NCBI GenBank assembly: GCA_021798415.1 | Contig: JAJZGO010000004.1 | Coordinates: 1-49,970 of the forward strand | Direction: 5' to 3' | DNA from: Thermoplasmata archaeon | Lineage (GTDB): Archaea > Thermoplasmatota > Thermoplasmata > Lutacidiplasmatales > UBA184 | Length of the DNA: 49,970 nt | Shown: piece after piece, positions 17,787-27,302 of the stretch | Layout of the letters: each line of letters begins with the position of its first letter | Numbering within the stretch: position 1 is the stretch's first letter | The notes under the pieces: generated by a model | What the model saw: the letters and a program-made list of their open reading frames with translations, nothing else | Database searches by the model: none | What the model was told of the DNA's origin: nothing | Translations under genes and position numbers: made by a program

Positions 17787-18386
17787 ATGGTGGGAAGTTC
17801 GCGCAGGCGACGCATCGTTCCGATCGTGCTCGGATTGGCGATGCTCGCGGTGGTCATTGCGGCGGCCCTGTCGCCGAACACCGGTGTGGTCCAGGCCCAG
17901 ACGAATGCGCAGTACAACCAGTCCCCCTCCTCGACCGTTTCTCCCTACCTCTACGTCGGCATCGGGGTGGCGGTCGCGCTCGCCGCGCTGCTCGTGGCGC
18001 TCCTGTTGATGGGCCGTCGGCGACGCCGACCGCCTTCCCCGCCCCCCCCGCAGTTGTGGCAGGGCGGTCCGTCCGCGCCGGCCTCGGCGGCCGCCGTAGC
18101 GCCTCCCCCGCCTTCCCCCCCGCCGGCGAGCCCCCCTCCGCCCGCCGCCGGCCCGGCGTACCTCGAGACTCCCGAGGACGTCGGCCAGGCCGCCCAGGCC
18201 GGGCCCATCGTGGGAGCGGGCGTTGGCGCGGGGGCGGCGGGAGCGGGCGCCGAAGCGGAACCGGACATCGACTCGCTGATGGCCGAGCTCGACAAGATCA
18301 GCGGCGAGATCCTGAAGCGCGCCCCGAAGAAAGGTGCCGGGTCGGTACCCGCCGACGAAGGGGCCGGCACGACCGGAAACCGCTAG
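17787..18386 (+). CDS. signal-peptide/TM protein with a proline-rich cytoplasmic tail
   Basis: RRRR plus hydrophobic stretch plus VQA|Q; second TM followed by RRRRR; poly-Pro; DIDSLMAELDKISGEILKR helix; TTTACATA upstream at 17733. Confidence 0.72.
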   Translation: MVGSSRRRRIVPIVLGLAMLAVVIAAALSPNTGVVQAQTNAQYNQSPSSTVSPYLYVGIGVAVALAALLVALLLMGRRRRRPPSPPPPQLWQGGPSAPASAAAVAPPPPSPPPASPPPPAAGPAYLETPEDVGQAAQAGPIVGAGVGAGAAGAGAEAEPDIDSLMAELDKISGEILKRAPKKGAGSVPADEGAGTTGNR

Positions 18387-18443
18387 AGCCCCCGCGCCCG
18401 TGGGCCGGCGGTGCTTAAGAACCCGGGCGGAGTCGTTCGGACG

Positions 18444-18701
18444 ATGCCCGAAGCCCCGGGAACTCCGGACGAGGACGGCCTCTTAGTGGAGTTGCACGAC
18501 GCGATCGCCCGGGCCTCCCGCCGGCCCCGCGAGATCGAGGTCGGGATTGTGCTCTCGATCGCCCTCGGTCGGCGACGCGGTGCCGTCTCCTGCGGAGGCT
18601 GCCAGATCCCGCTCGAGTTCGAGGGGATCCCGGCCCGGACCAACGCCCGTCTCGGGGGCCCGTTCCGCTTGGTGTTCGAAGAGCGTGCGACCGGTTCGTA
18701 A
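18444..18701 (+). CDS. hypothetical protein (85 aa, one CxxC)
   Basis: ATG 29 nt after CTTAAG (18414); fills the gap before dedA. Confidence 0.5.
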   Translation: MPEAPGTPDEDGLLVELHDAIARASRRPREIEVGIVLSIALGRRRGAVSCGGCQIPLEFEGIPARTNARLGGPFRLVFEERATGS

Positions 18702-18727
18702 CCGCGTCGGTCGCCGGAGGTCTTCGG

Positions 18728-19423
18728 ATGTCGATCCTGGGAACGGTCGCTGACCTGATCACGATGATCCTCGCCACGGCCGGACTCGCGGGGGTCTTCG
18801 GCCTGATGGCCGTGGAGAGTTTCGGCCTACCGCCCGTCCCGAGCGAGGTGATCCTGCCGTTCACGGGATTCCTCATCGCGTCGGGGACGTTCCCGCTGGT
18901 CGGGGCGGTGCTCGCCGCTCTGCTGGGAGGCCTCGTCGGCTCGTACGCCGGCTACGCGGTCGGACGGTGGTGGCGCCACCGCATCACCGGCCTCGGGATC
19001 GGCCGACTTCGACTCGAGCCGCGCCACCTAGAGCGGATGGACCGGTTCTTCGCCCGTAGAGGAGAGGTCACGGTCGGCGTGGCGCGTCTACTGCCCGTCG
19101 TCCGAAGCTACATCTCCTACCCGGCCGGGACCGCCGAGATGAACCCGGTGCGCTTCGGTGTGTACACGCTCCTCGGCAGCATTCCGTTCACGCTGGGCCT
19201 CATCTATGCGGGGATGGTCCTGCGATCCGACTGGACCCTGGTCTCTTCGTACTTCTCCGTCCTCGATTACCCGCTGATCGCGATCGTGGCGATCGTCGTC
19301 GTCTTCATCATCCTCCAGGTGGCGGGCGTCCTCGCCCCCGGCTGGCCGCCCCGCCGCGCGTCGAAGGCGCCCACCGCAAGCTCGGCCGACCCGGCCGCGC
19401 CGTCGCCTCCTCCCTCGGGGTGA
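18728..19423 (+). CDS. DedA family membrane protein
   Basis: LMAVES.GLPPVPSEVILPFTG, ARLLPVVRSYISYPAG. Confidence 0.92.
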   Translation: MSILGTVADLITMILATAGLAGVFGLMAVESFGLPPVPSEVILPFTGFLIASGTFPLVGAVLAALLGGLVGSYAGYAVGRWWRHRITGLGIGRLRLEPRHLERMDRFFARRGEVTVGVARLLPVVRSYISYPAGTAEMNPVRFGVYTLLGSIPFTLGLIYAGMVLRSDWTLVSSYFSVLDYPLIAIVAIVVVFIILQVAGVLAPGWPPRRASKAPTASSADPAAPSPPPSG

Positions 19424-19454
19424 ACGTCGTCTTCTCGCCCCGGCGCTCGGTCGG

Positions 19455-20825
19455 CTAGGGCCGGGCCCCCGTCCTCGTACGCGCTGGCGGGTGCGAGCGG
19501 GCGTACTCCGGCCGAACGACCTCACCGACCGACCGTCCGATGTACTGGCCGTCCTCGACGATCCGTTCGCCCCGCAGGTAGTGCTCGCGGGGGAAGATCG
19601 CCTCCCAACCCTCGAAAGCGGTCCAGCCGCACGGTGCGTGGAGCCGGCGGGCCTCCAGGCGGGTCCGGGCCCGAAAATCGACCACGAGGAGGTCGGCCCG
19701 ATGCCCGACCGCGAGCCGGCCTCGGGGCTGGCCGACCCAGCGCGACGGTCGGTCGCTCGCGGCTGCGACCAGCGTTCCGAGCTCGAGCTCCGAGGCCCGA
19801 ACCCGGGCGAGCATGAGCGGGAGCATCGTCTCGACGCCCGGCATCCCGCTCGGGGCGAGGTCGAACGGTCGGTCCTTCGTGTCGAGAGAGTGCGGCGCGT
19901 GGTCGCTCGCGAGGCAGGGGACCTCACCGCGCCGGAACCTCGCCCACAGGGCCGCGCGGTCGGCCTCGGAGCGCAGCGGCGGGTTGACTTTGCGGTACGA
20001 GCTGTCGCCCGAACGCTCGGAGAGGAGAAGGTGGTGCGGCGTCGCTTCGAACGACACCCCCGCCGCCCGCAGGCGGTCGGCGACGGTGCCGGTCGTGACG
20101 TGGGCGACGTGCAGGCGCAGCGACGGGGGCGCTTCGCCCAGCGACGCGACGGCGGCGAGCTCGGCGGCGGCCGGACGGCGGGCGTTCCAATCGGCGAGCC
20201 CCCGGTCCGGCAGGTCCGTCCGGAACCGGCTCGGGTCCTCGGCGTGGACGCTGACGGGCAGGCCGAGCTCCGCGAGGCGCGCGAGGAGCCCCGGGACCTC
20301 GACGGACGCAGGGACCTCCTCGACCCCCGTCGTCGGGCTGAGGTAGACCTTGAACCCGCCCGCGGTCTCGGCGAGGCGCGCGAGAGCGCGCGGTCGCACG
20401 GGAAGGGCGTAGAGGAGGACGTCGACGGCCGCCCGGCCGGGAACGCGGCGGGCCTTTTCCTCGACGCCGTCCGAGTCCGTCACCGGCGGGATCGTGTTCG
20501 GCATGTCGCCGACGAGCCCGACCCCCCCGAGGGCGGCCTGGATCGTCCCGGACGCGAGCGTCTCGACGTCGCGAGGTCCTCCCGGCTCGCGCAGGTGAAC
20601 GTGCAGGTCGGTCGCGGCGGGGAGGATCACCGAGTCGCCGACGTCGTGTCGGGGCCCGCCCCTCAGGTCCCGGCCGAGGGCGGCGATGATGCCGTCGTCG
20701 TCGATCGCGATCTCGACCGGCTGGAGGCGCCCGCGAACCTGGGCCCGGCCGACGAGGATCCACGCGACGTGCCCGGTCCGCTCGGGTGCGCCGTCCGGGC
20801 CCCCGGGGTCGTCGTCGGTCCCCAT
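19455..20825 (-). CDS. pyrC: dihydroorotase (type I)
   Basis: DLHVHLREPG, DMPNT.P, HAED, EATPHHL, KVNPPLR, ASDHAPH. Confidence 0.88.
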   Translation of the reverse strand: MGTDDDPGGPDGAPERTGHVAWILVGRAQVRGRLQPVEIAIDDDGIIAALGRDLRGGPRHDVGDSVILPAATDLHVHLREPGGPRDVETLASGTIQAALGGVGLVGDMPNTIPPVTDSDGVEEKARRVPGRAAVDVLLYALPVRPRALARLAETAGGFKVYLSPTTGVEEVPASVEVPGLLARLAELGLPVSVHAEDPSRFRTDLPDRGLADWNARRPAAAELAAVASLGEAPPSLRLHVAHVTTGTVADRLRAAGVSFEATPHHLLLSERSGDSSYRKVNPPLRSEADRAALWARFRRGEVPCLASDHAPHSLDTKDRPFDLAPSGMPGVETMLPLMLARVRASELELGTLVAAASDRPSRWVGQPRGRLAVGHRADLLVVDFRARTRLEARRLHAPCGWTAFEGWEAIFPREHYLRGERIVEDGQYIGRSVGEVVRPEYARSHPPARTRTGARP

Positions 20826-20907
20826 CCTCGGGCGGACGGTGCGGTACGTAAAGAAGCCAGTCCCCGCCCACCGGGTATCGTATAATCCCCGGGTCCATGG
20901 GACCCCC

Positions 20908-21966
20908 GTGCTCTCCCCACGGGGCCGTGCGCGGTGGACGTACGCGACGAGCGGCGTGGACCTCCGGGCGCGGTCGCGTGCTCTCGCGGCGCTCCTCGAG
21001 TCACTCGAGTACCGGGCTCCGCCCGACCACGGGCGACCGATACGGGCCCCGGGACACTTTGCCGGGATGATCCGGGTCGGTCGCGAAACGATCGCGGTGA
21101 CCACCGACACCGTCGGGACTAAGGTCCTTCTCGCTGAGCAGCTCGGCCGTTGGGAGGAGGTCGGCGAAGACATCGTCGGTGTCAACGTCAACGACCTTGC
21201 GGCGGTCGGCGCCCGGCCGGCCGGCCTCGTCGACACGATCCTCTGCGTCCGTCCCGACGAGGGGGTCTTCCGGGCCCTCGGACGGGGGCTCGACCGGGGG
21301 ATGCGCGCGGCGCGGTGCACGCTCCTGGGAGGAGAGACGGCGATCGTCCCCGACCTCGTGCGCGGGATCGACCTCGGGGGGACCGCGGTCGGGTTCTTCC
21401 CGCGCGGCCGGGCCCCGGTCACCGGCGCTCGCCTCTCCGCCGGCGACGTGATCCTCGGGATCCCCTCCGTGGGGCTCCACGCGAACGGCTTCACGCTGGT
21501 GCGGAAGTTGCTCGACGACCGCGCGGTCGACCTCGCGGCTCCGCGGCCGGGCGCGAGCGAGCCGGTCGGGGTCGAGCTGTTGCGGCCGACGCGGATCTAC
21601 TCGACGATCGCGGACGCGCTCGCCGGCCGTCCCGACGTGCACGGGTTCGCCCACATGAGCGGAGGCGGGGTGCGCAACCTCGTCCGGCTCCACGCGCGGC
21701 TCGGCTTCGTCCTCGACCACTGGCCGGTCCCTCCGCCCCTCTTCCGGTGGGTGCAATCCTTGGGCGAGCTCCCGGACGAGGAGATGTTCGAGACGTTCAA
21801 CATGGGGATCGGTTTCGTGGTGATCGTCGCCCGCCACCGACTCTCGGAGGTGCGCCGGCGGCTTGCCCGCGCGGGGGCGCCGGACGCGCTCGCGATCGGG
21901 CACGTGGCGCGCGGCGGTGGCGTCCGCCTGCCCGACCTCGGTCTCGAGTACGCGCAGTACGCCTGA
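20908..21966 (+). CDS. purM: phosphoribosylformylglycinamidine cyclo-ligase (AIR synthetase)
   Basis: TYATSGVD, TDTVGTK, NVNDL, GGETA, GLHANGFTL, TFNMGIG; GTG 27 nt after TATAAT (20881). Confidence 0.93.
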   Translation: MLSPRGRARWTYATSGVDLRARSRALAALLESLEYRAPPDHGRPIRAPGHFAGMIRVGRETIAVTTDTVGTKVLLAEQLGRWEEVGEDIVGVNVNDLAAVGARPAGLVDTILCVRPDEGVFRALGRGLDRGMRAARCTLLGGETAIVPDLVRGIDLGGTAVGFFPRGRAPVTGARLSAGDVILGIPSVGLHANGFTLVRKLLDDRAVDLAAPRPGASEPVGVELLRPTRIYSTIADALAGRPDVHGFAHMSGGGVRNLVRLHARLGFVLDHWPVPPPLFRWVQSLGELPDEEMFETFNMGIGFVVIVARHRLSEVRRRLARAGAPDALAIGHVARGGGVRLPDLGLEYAQYA

Positions 21967-22000
21967 GCCGCGCGTCCGGCGGTCCCGGGCGCAAACAGTT

Positions 22001-22984
22001 ATGGAACGACCGCCCTCCTCGGCGCCGGAGGGCAGAGGGGGCGTGGACCGCGCGAAAGGGTACGCGGTCTTCTTGTCGCTGGCCGCGGCCCTCCTCTGGG
22101 CGACCTACTACATCTTCGTCCTCGCGCTCGACCGAAGTGCCCCGCCGTCGGCCGTCGTGTTCTACCCGTTCCTCTTCGGCGGGGCCGCGTACACCGCCTG
22201 GGCGGCCGCGGCGGGCCACGGCCGGGCGCTGCTCGCGCTCTGGCGGCAGCCGATGGCGTACGTCCGCACCGGGTTCCTGGTCGGGATGCAGGTCTCGGTC
22301 CTCGCCGCGACGTACCTCACAGGTCCGGTCGACGCTTCGCTCCTCTCGCTGATCGGGGACGTCGTGCTGACCCCGCTGATCGTGGCCCTCGTGATCGGCG
22401 CCCACCGGGCGCACGTGACGTCGCGAGTCTTCTCGCTCGGGCTCGTGCTGAGCCTCGCCGGTGGGGCGCTCACGATCGCGGGAGGGCAGGGCCTGACCGC
22501 GGTCCGCGGCCTCGGGTGGGCGGTGGTTCCGGCGGTCCCGGTCTCGGTCGCGCTCTACTTTCTGCTGAGCGCGCGGGAGAACGAGCGCTCCCCTCCGTCG
22601 GCGGTCGTCGCGCAGTCGATGCTCGCCGCGGCGCTCGTCGGCGCTCTCGTCTCGCCCGCGCTCCCGGGTGGGCTCGCGGGACTCGGGTCGCCCTCGCCCG
22701 CCGCTCTCGTCCTCCTCGCCGCGACGGGCGTGACGAGCTTCTTCCTCGCTCCGGCGCTCTACTTCCACGCGATCTCGCGCGCCGGCCTCGTGATCCCGCC
22801 GATGCTGATGACCGGGATCCCGGTCTTCACCCTCCTGCTCTCCGCGACCGTCCTCCGCCTCGAGCTTCCGTGGGTCGCGGTCCTCGGGATCCCGGTCGCG
22901 GTCGTCGGCGCGGTCCTCACGCTCCGCGGCGAGAGCGGCCCCGAGACCCCCGGGCCCCCGGGGCCCGAGACGGCCTCCTCGTAG
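22001..22984 (+). CDS. DMT/EamA family transporter
   Basis: About 10 TM segments in two repeats; the start may instead be GTG 22043. Confidence 0.8.
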   Translation: MERPPSSAPEGRGGVDRAKGYAVFLSLAAALLWATYYIFVLALDRSAPPSAVVFYPFLFGGAAYTAWAAAAGHGRALLALWRQPMAYVRTGFLVGMQVSVLAATYLTGPVDASLLSLIGDVVLTPLIVALVIGAHRAHVTSRVFSLGLVLSLAGGALTIAGGQGLTAVRGLGWAVVPAVPVSVALYFLLSARENERSPPSAVVAQSMLAAALVGALVSPALPGGLAGLGSPSPAALVLLAATGVTSFFLAPALYFHAISRAGLVIPPMLMTGIPVFTLLLSATVLRLELPWVAVLGIPVAVVGAVLTLRGESGPETPGPPGPETASS

Positions 22985-22993
22985 CCCGCGAGC

Positions 22994-25453
22994 TCACTCG
23001 AAGTCGGCGAGGCTCTTCGTCGTGCGGCGGCGCTTCGGGGGGGCCGCGAGGTCGGCGAGCGAGGTATCGAGGGACGCGGTCGGTCCTGGCTCGACCGCCG
23101 GCCGCTCGGCCGGGTCGCCGAGACGGCGCTGGTGGCTCCCGCGCAAAAGCGCCGCCGCGTCCCAGTCGTAGACCTCCGTCACCCGGGCGAGCGTCTGGGC
23201 GACGCGGTCGGCGTAGTACTCCCAGTCGGGTTCCTTGCCGAACGGCCGGCCCTCGACCCACGGCTCGACCTCCTGCGGTGAGGCGCGAGAGCCGGTCACG
23301 ACCCACGCGACCCTCATGCCGGGGATCACGTCGTACCCTTCCGCCTTGAGGCGCTTGTAGACCCTTAGGAACGGCAGCGAGTCGCGGGTCGCTTCGTTGT
23401 ACTCGCTCTCGGGCCGGACCGTGCGCGCGATGACGAGCCTCTCGACCGGGACCGACCGGTTCCGCACCGCGAGCACGAGCTCGCGCGCGCGGCGCACCGC
23501 ACCGTCGGTGTCCCCGCGAAGGACGAGGTCGAAGATATCCATGAGCGCCTGCGACTGGTAGTCGAAGGCGTCCGTGCGCCGGGTCTCGTAGCCGCGCACG
23601 ACGCGCTCCTCCCGTGGCCAGGCCGTCTGACCGACGTACCGCTTCTTCGCGCCGTGCGAGAAGAACGACTCGAAGACCGACTGGAACTCGAACGTCGTCC
23701 CTTCGTGGGTGAATCGCTTCGCGATCTCCTCGCCGAACTCCCGGGCGCCCTCGAGGGTCGGGACCGGCGCTCGGACGAACACGGAATCGGTGTCGGAGTA
23801 GACCACCTCGTGGCCGTCGGCCTCGAGGTCGCGGATGATCGAGGTGATCGCCTCCCGCGCGAAGGCGGTGATCGCGGCGCCGATCTCTTTGTTGGTGAAC
23901 CGGTAGAAGCTCGACGCGAGCACCCCATAGAACGAGTTCATCAGGAGCTTCACCGCGAGCTGGAGGCCGTCGAAATACGCCTTCAGCTCCTCGGTCGGGG
24001 CCTCGCGCGACTCCCGCCGGAACCGGTCCCGGTCGGCGAGGAGCTGCGCGAGGAGCTCGGGGACGATCCCTCGGCGGACGGAGGGCGCGAGGAACCGGGC
24101 GCCCGACGGCGCGACCGTCGTGCCGTCGGGGGAGAGCGTGGTGAAGCAGAGGTTCTTCGCGATGATGATCGACGGGTACATCGACTTGAAGTCGAGCAGG
24201 ACGACCCAGCGCGACATGCCCGGGCGGATCGCGTGGACGTACCCGCCCTCGATCGGGGCGTCGCGTCCGCCGCGGTGGCTCGGCGGGACCCCGACGCCGC
24301 GTTCGTCGGCCCGCGGAATCAGCAGCGCATCGATGTAGAGGGACGTCCGACCGTTGAGGCCCTCCTCGAGCGGAAGGCGCGCGACGGTCGCGAGGTCGGC
24401 CGCCTTCTCGATCGAGCGGAGGCGTCGAAGGATCCGAAGGGCGAGGTCGGCGTCGTGCTCGCAGTACTCCATCACGCGGGCGGGGTCCCGGGCCCACTCC
24501 TGCTCGATGTTGCGGCGGTCGACGTCGAGCTTCGAATCTCCGAGAAGCGTGCGGGCGACATACTGCAGGGTCTCCTGCTTCGGGTGGAGCTCGCTGCGGG
24601 CGGACCACCACGCGTCCGCGACCACGCGCCCGGTCACCTTCCACAACCGCTCGCCCATCTCGCGCGGGCTCGATCCCTCCCGTCCGAGGCGGAGGGCCTC
24701 CGCGCCGGTCGCCTGCGCCCGCTCGACGAGCAGGGGGACGTCGTAGCCCCCGATGTTGTATCCGGTGAGAATGTCCGGGTCGTCCTCACGGACGATGCGG
24801 GCGAACTCTTCGAGGATCCTGCGCTCGCTCGGGTCGGTGATCCGGAAGGTCCGGCGCGGCCGGTCGCCGCCGTCGGCGACGCCGCAGATCGTGAAGATCG
24901 TTCGCTCGCGGATCGCGTTCTCGATGTCGAAGGAGAGGAACCGCAAGGACGGGCGGAACGGCTCGGCGGGTCGGATGTCGTGGGTGGCGTCGACGACGAC
25001 CCGCACCACCTCGGGCACCGTGTAGCGGGCGCGGACCTCGTCGCTCTCCTCCTCGGCCTCGAACCCCACCGTCAGGCCGAGGTGGTGGTCGTAGAGGAAG
25101 CGGTGCACGAACGGGATGTCGCACGCGAGGACGCTCGCCTCCTCCCCCGGACGGCGGTAGGCGTCGCGGTACTGGGGCACGAGCCACGGACGGTGGATGG
25201 TGACGCGGGCGGCCGCTCTCTCGCGGCCCCCTACGAACGTGACGAGGTCCTCGACCCTCACGACCTCGGGGTCGGACCGGAGCCGCTCGCGCTGCTCCGC
25301 GGTCGGCTCGGCGAGGACGAAGTACGGCCGGAAACCGTAGTACCGGGCGACCATCGGGGTCCCTTCCCGGGTCCGACCGAACAGCTCGACGACCACCGCG
25401 TCGTCCCGAGCCTGGTACGAGCCCTCGAGGAGGAACAGTTCGACCGTGCGCAC
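22994..25453 (-). CDS. polB: family B DNA polymerase with 3'-5' exonuclease
   Basis: SFDIE, GYN...YD, YC.HDA, DFKSMYPSII, KLLMNSFYG, YSDTDS; C-terminal KSLADF PIP-like motif; no intein. Confidence 0.96.
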   Translation of the reverse strand: MRTVELFLLEGSYQARDDAVVVELFGRTREGTPMVARYYGFRPYFVLAEPTAEQRERLRSDPEVVRVEDLVTFVGGRERAAARVTIHRPWLVPQYRDAYRRPGEEASVLACDIPFVHRFLYDHHLGLTVGFEAEEESDEVRARYTVPEVVRVVVDATHDIRPAEPFRPSLRFLSFDIENAIRERTIFTICGVADGGDRPRRTFRITDPSERRILEEFARIVREDDPDILTGYNIGGYDVPLLVERAQATGAEALRLGREGSSPREMGERLWKVTGRVVADAWWSARSELHPKQETLQYVARTLLGDSKLDVDRRNIEQEWARDPARVMEYCEHDADLALRILRRLRSIEKAADLATVARLPLEEGLNGRTSLYIDALLIPRADERGVGVPPSHRGGRDAPIEGGYVHAIRPGMSRWVVLLDFKSMYPSIIIAKNLCFTTLSPDGTTVAPSGARFLAPSVRRGIVPELLAQLLADRDRFRRESREAPTEELKAYFDGLQLAVKLLMNSFYGVLASSFYRFTNKEIGAAITAFAREAITSIIRDLEADGHEVVYSDTDSVFVRAPVPTLEGAREFGEEIAKRFTHEGTTFEFQSVFESFFSHGAKKRYVGQTAWPREERVVRGYETRRTDAFDYQSQALMDIFDLVLRGDTDGAVRRARELVLAVRNRSVPVERLVIARTVRPESEYNEATRDSLPFLRVYKRLKAEGYDVIPGMRVAWVVTGSRASPQEVEPWVEGRPFGKEPDWEYYADRVAQTLARVTEVYDWDAAALLRGSHQRRLGDPAERPAVEPGPTASLDTSLADLAAPPKRRRTTKSLADFE

Positions 25454-25475
25454 GGACCGAGGAGCCCGACGGGCG

Positions 25476-26111
25476 CTAAAGCCGTTTGGAGGGGCGCTCG
25501 GCGAGCCAGGCGCCGAGGGCCCGAAGGTCGTCGTCCCAGCGGCGGTAGAGGCGATGAGAGCGCAGGGCGGCCGGGTGGACGAGCGGGAAGAGCGGAGGGT
25601 CGGTCGACGGGCGCGGCCGACCGGCCGCGGTGAGGATCGGCGGCGCCCCGGGATCGAGCGCGTGGAGCGCCGAGGTACCGAGGGTCACGACCGCCGCCGG
25701 ACGGAGCAGCGCGAGCTGCCGGTCGAGGAACGGACGACACGTCGTGGCCGCCGCCCGGACGAACCGGTTCGCCGGCGGGCGGCACTTGAGGACGTTCAGC
25801 ACCCCGAACTCGTCGTCCTCGAGCCCGAGCCGATGGGTCGCGTCGTCGAGCCGCCGGCCGGCGCGTCCGACGAACGGGAGCCCGGTGCGGTCCTCCTCGG
25901 CACCCGGGGCTTCGCCGACGAACACGATGCGCGGCGCAAGGCTCCCCCGGTAGACGACCGCGTGCGTGCGGTGCGCGCCGAGCGGGCAGCGGCGGCAGGA
26001 CCGGATCTCTTCGGAGAGCTCGGCCCAGGCTCGCTGCCGACGGGTCGCGGGCGGCCGGACCCGGCCGGTGGCGATGCCCTGCACGCCCCGCCACAGTCCG
26101 GCCGCCCGCAT
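25476..26111 (-). CDS. udg: family 4 uracil-DNA glycosylase (4Fe-4S)
   Basis: CRRCPL, VGEAPG.EED.TG.PFVGRAG, NVLKCRPP.NR, HPAA. Confidence 0.92.
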   Translation of the reverse strand: MRAAGLWRGVQGIATGRVRPPATRRQRAWAELSEEIRSCRRCPLGAHRTHAVVYRGSLAPRIVFVGEAPGAEEDRTGLPFVGRAGRRLDDATHRLGLEDDEFGVLNVLKCRPPANRFVRAAATTCRPFLDRQLALLRPAAVVTLGTSALHALDPGAPPILTAAGRPRPSTDPPLFPLVHPAALRSHRLYRRWDDDLRALGAWLAERPSKRL

Positions 26112-26153
26112 AGCGCTCGCGCGAGCGAAGGAGCGCGCGGCGCGGCACGGACC

Positions 26154-26160
26154 TTAAATA
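26154..26160. promoter_or_regulatory. TATA box between divergent udg and rps12
   Basis: TTAAATA, a strong archaeal TATA match. Confidence 0.6.
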
Positions 26161-26193
26161 GGGGCTCCCTGTGGCTCGGCCCCTTCGCCGACC

Positions 26194-26628
26194 ATGCCTC
26201 CGCCGTCCGGACTCAACACTGCGGGTCGCCTGACCCGGCTCCGCCAGCGGCGACGCTGGTCCGACCGGTACTACAAGCGGCGCACCCTCCATCTCAAGGA
26301 ACGGTCCGACCCTCTCGAGGGTGCCCCCCAGGGCCGCGGCATCGTGATCGAGAAGGTCGGGGTCGAGGCGAAGCAACCGAACTCGGCGATTCGAAAGTGC
26401 ATCAAGGTCCAGCTGATCAAGAACGGCCGTCAGGTGACGGCGTTCGCGGTCGGCGACGGGGCGATCAACTTCATCGACGAGCACGACGAGGTCCTCGTCG
26501 AGGGAATCGGGGGCCGGATGGGCCGGTCCTACGGCGACATCCCGGGCGTCCGCTACAAGGTGATCCAGGTGAACAGCGTCTCGCTCGACGAGCTCGTTCG
26601 CGGACGCAAGGAGAAGCCGGCCCGATGA
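26194..26628 (+). CDS. rps12: 30S ribosomal protein S12 (uS12)
   Basis: [22 protein letters not shown]. Confidence 0.98.
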   Translation: MPPPSGLNTAGRLTRLRQRRRWSDRYYKRRTLHLKERSDPLEGAPQGRGIVIEKVGVEAKQPNSAIRKCIKVQLIKNGRQVTAFAVGDGAINFIDEHDEVLVEGIGGRMGRSYGDIPGVRYKVIQVNSVSLDELVRGRKEKPAR

Positions 26629-27284
26629 GCGGAGCGCCCGAGCCCCTCAGCCCGGAGCCGACCGCCGAGGACGCGGGACCCGTCGTCCAGCGTCCCCAGC
26701 CGCCGCCCCCTCCGCCGTTCGTCCTTCCGCCGCTCTTCGGGAAGTACCCGTTCGAGGGCGTGGAGGTCCACGACCCCGGCCTCCTGCCCTACCTGTACCT
26801 GCACCCCGTCTACACGCCCCACACCGAGGGCCGGCTCACCGGTCGACCGTTCCTCAAGACTCGGATGCACCTGGTCGAGAGGCTCGCCAACCACCTCATG
26901 AAGGGCGGCAAGTTCACCGGTAAGAAGTCGAAGGCGATCACCACCATCCGCAAGGCGTTCGTCGAGCTCGCCCAGAAGGAGGGGAAGAATCCGCTCCAGC
27001 TCCTTGTCGATGCGGTCGAGAACGCGTCGCCCCGAGAGGAGGTCACGCGGCTCCAGTTCGGCGGGATCTCCGTCCCTCGGGCCGTGGACGCCTCACCCGC
27101 CCGCCGTTTGAACGTCGCGATCCGCAACCTCGCGCTCGGCGCGATCCAGTCCTCGCGCAAATCGACGAAGCCGATCCACTCCTGCCTCGCGGACGAGATC
27201 CGGCTCGCGGCCAAGGGCGACCTCACGTCGTTCGCGGTCGGACGGAAGGAAGAGGTCGAGCGGGTCGCGCAGTCGGCGCGCTGA
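26625..27284 (+). CDS. rps7: 30S ribosomal protein S7 (uS7)
   Basis: [40 protein letters not shown]; ATGA overlap with rps12; Pro-rich N-terminal extension. Confidence 0.96.
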   Translation: MSGAPEPLSPEPTAEDAGPVVQRPQPPPPPPFVLPPLFGKYPFEGVEVHDPGLLPYLYLHPVYTPHTEGRLTGRPFLKTRMHLVERLANHLMKGGKFTGKKSKAITTIRKAFVELAQKEGKNPLQLLVDAVENASPREEVTRLQFGGISVPRAVDASPARRLNVAIRNLALGAIQSSRKSTKPIHSCLADEIRLAAKGDLTSFAVGRKEEVERVAQSAR

Positions 27285-27302
27285 AGCCCGACAGGAACCC
27301 CC

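Noticed and set aside
18030-18150. C-rich low-complexity tract as a DNA repeat or phase-variation site
   Set aside because: Explained by poly-proline coding; no regular repeat unit and the frame is intact
22994-25453. Intein or inactivated polymerase
   Set aside because: Normal length with contiguous, intact exonuclease and polymerase motifs
25446-26624. 612-aa ORF suggesting a fusion with rps7
   Set aside because: Open-frame artefact across udg (antisense) and rps12; rps7 starts at 26625
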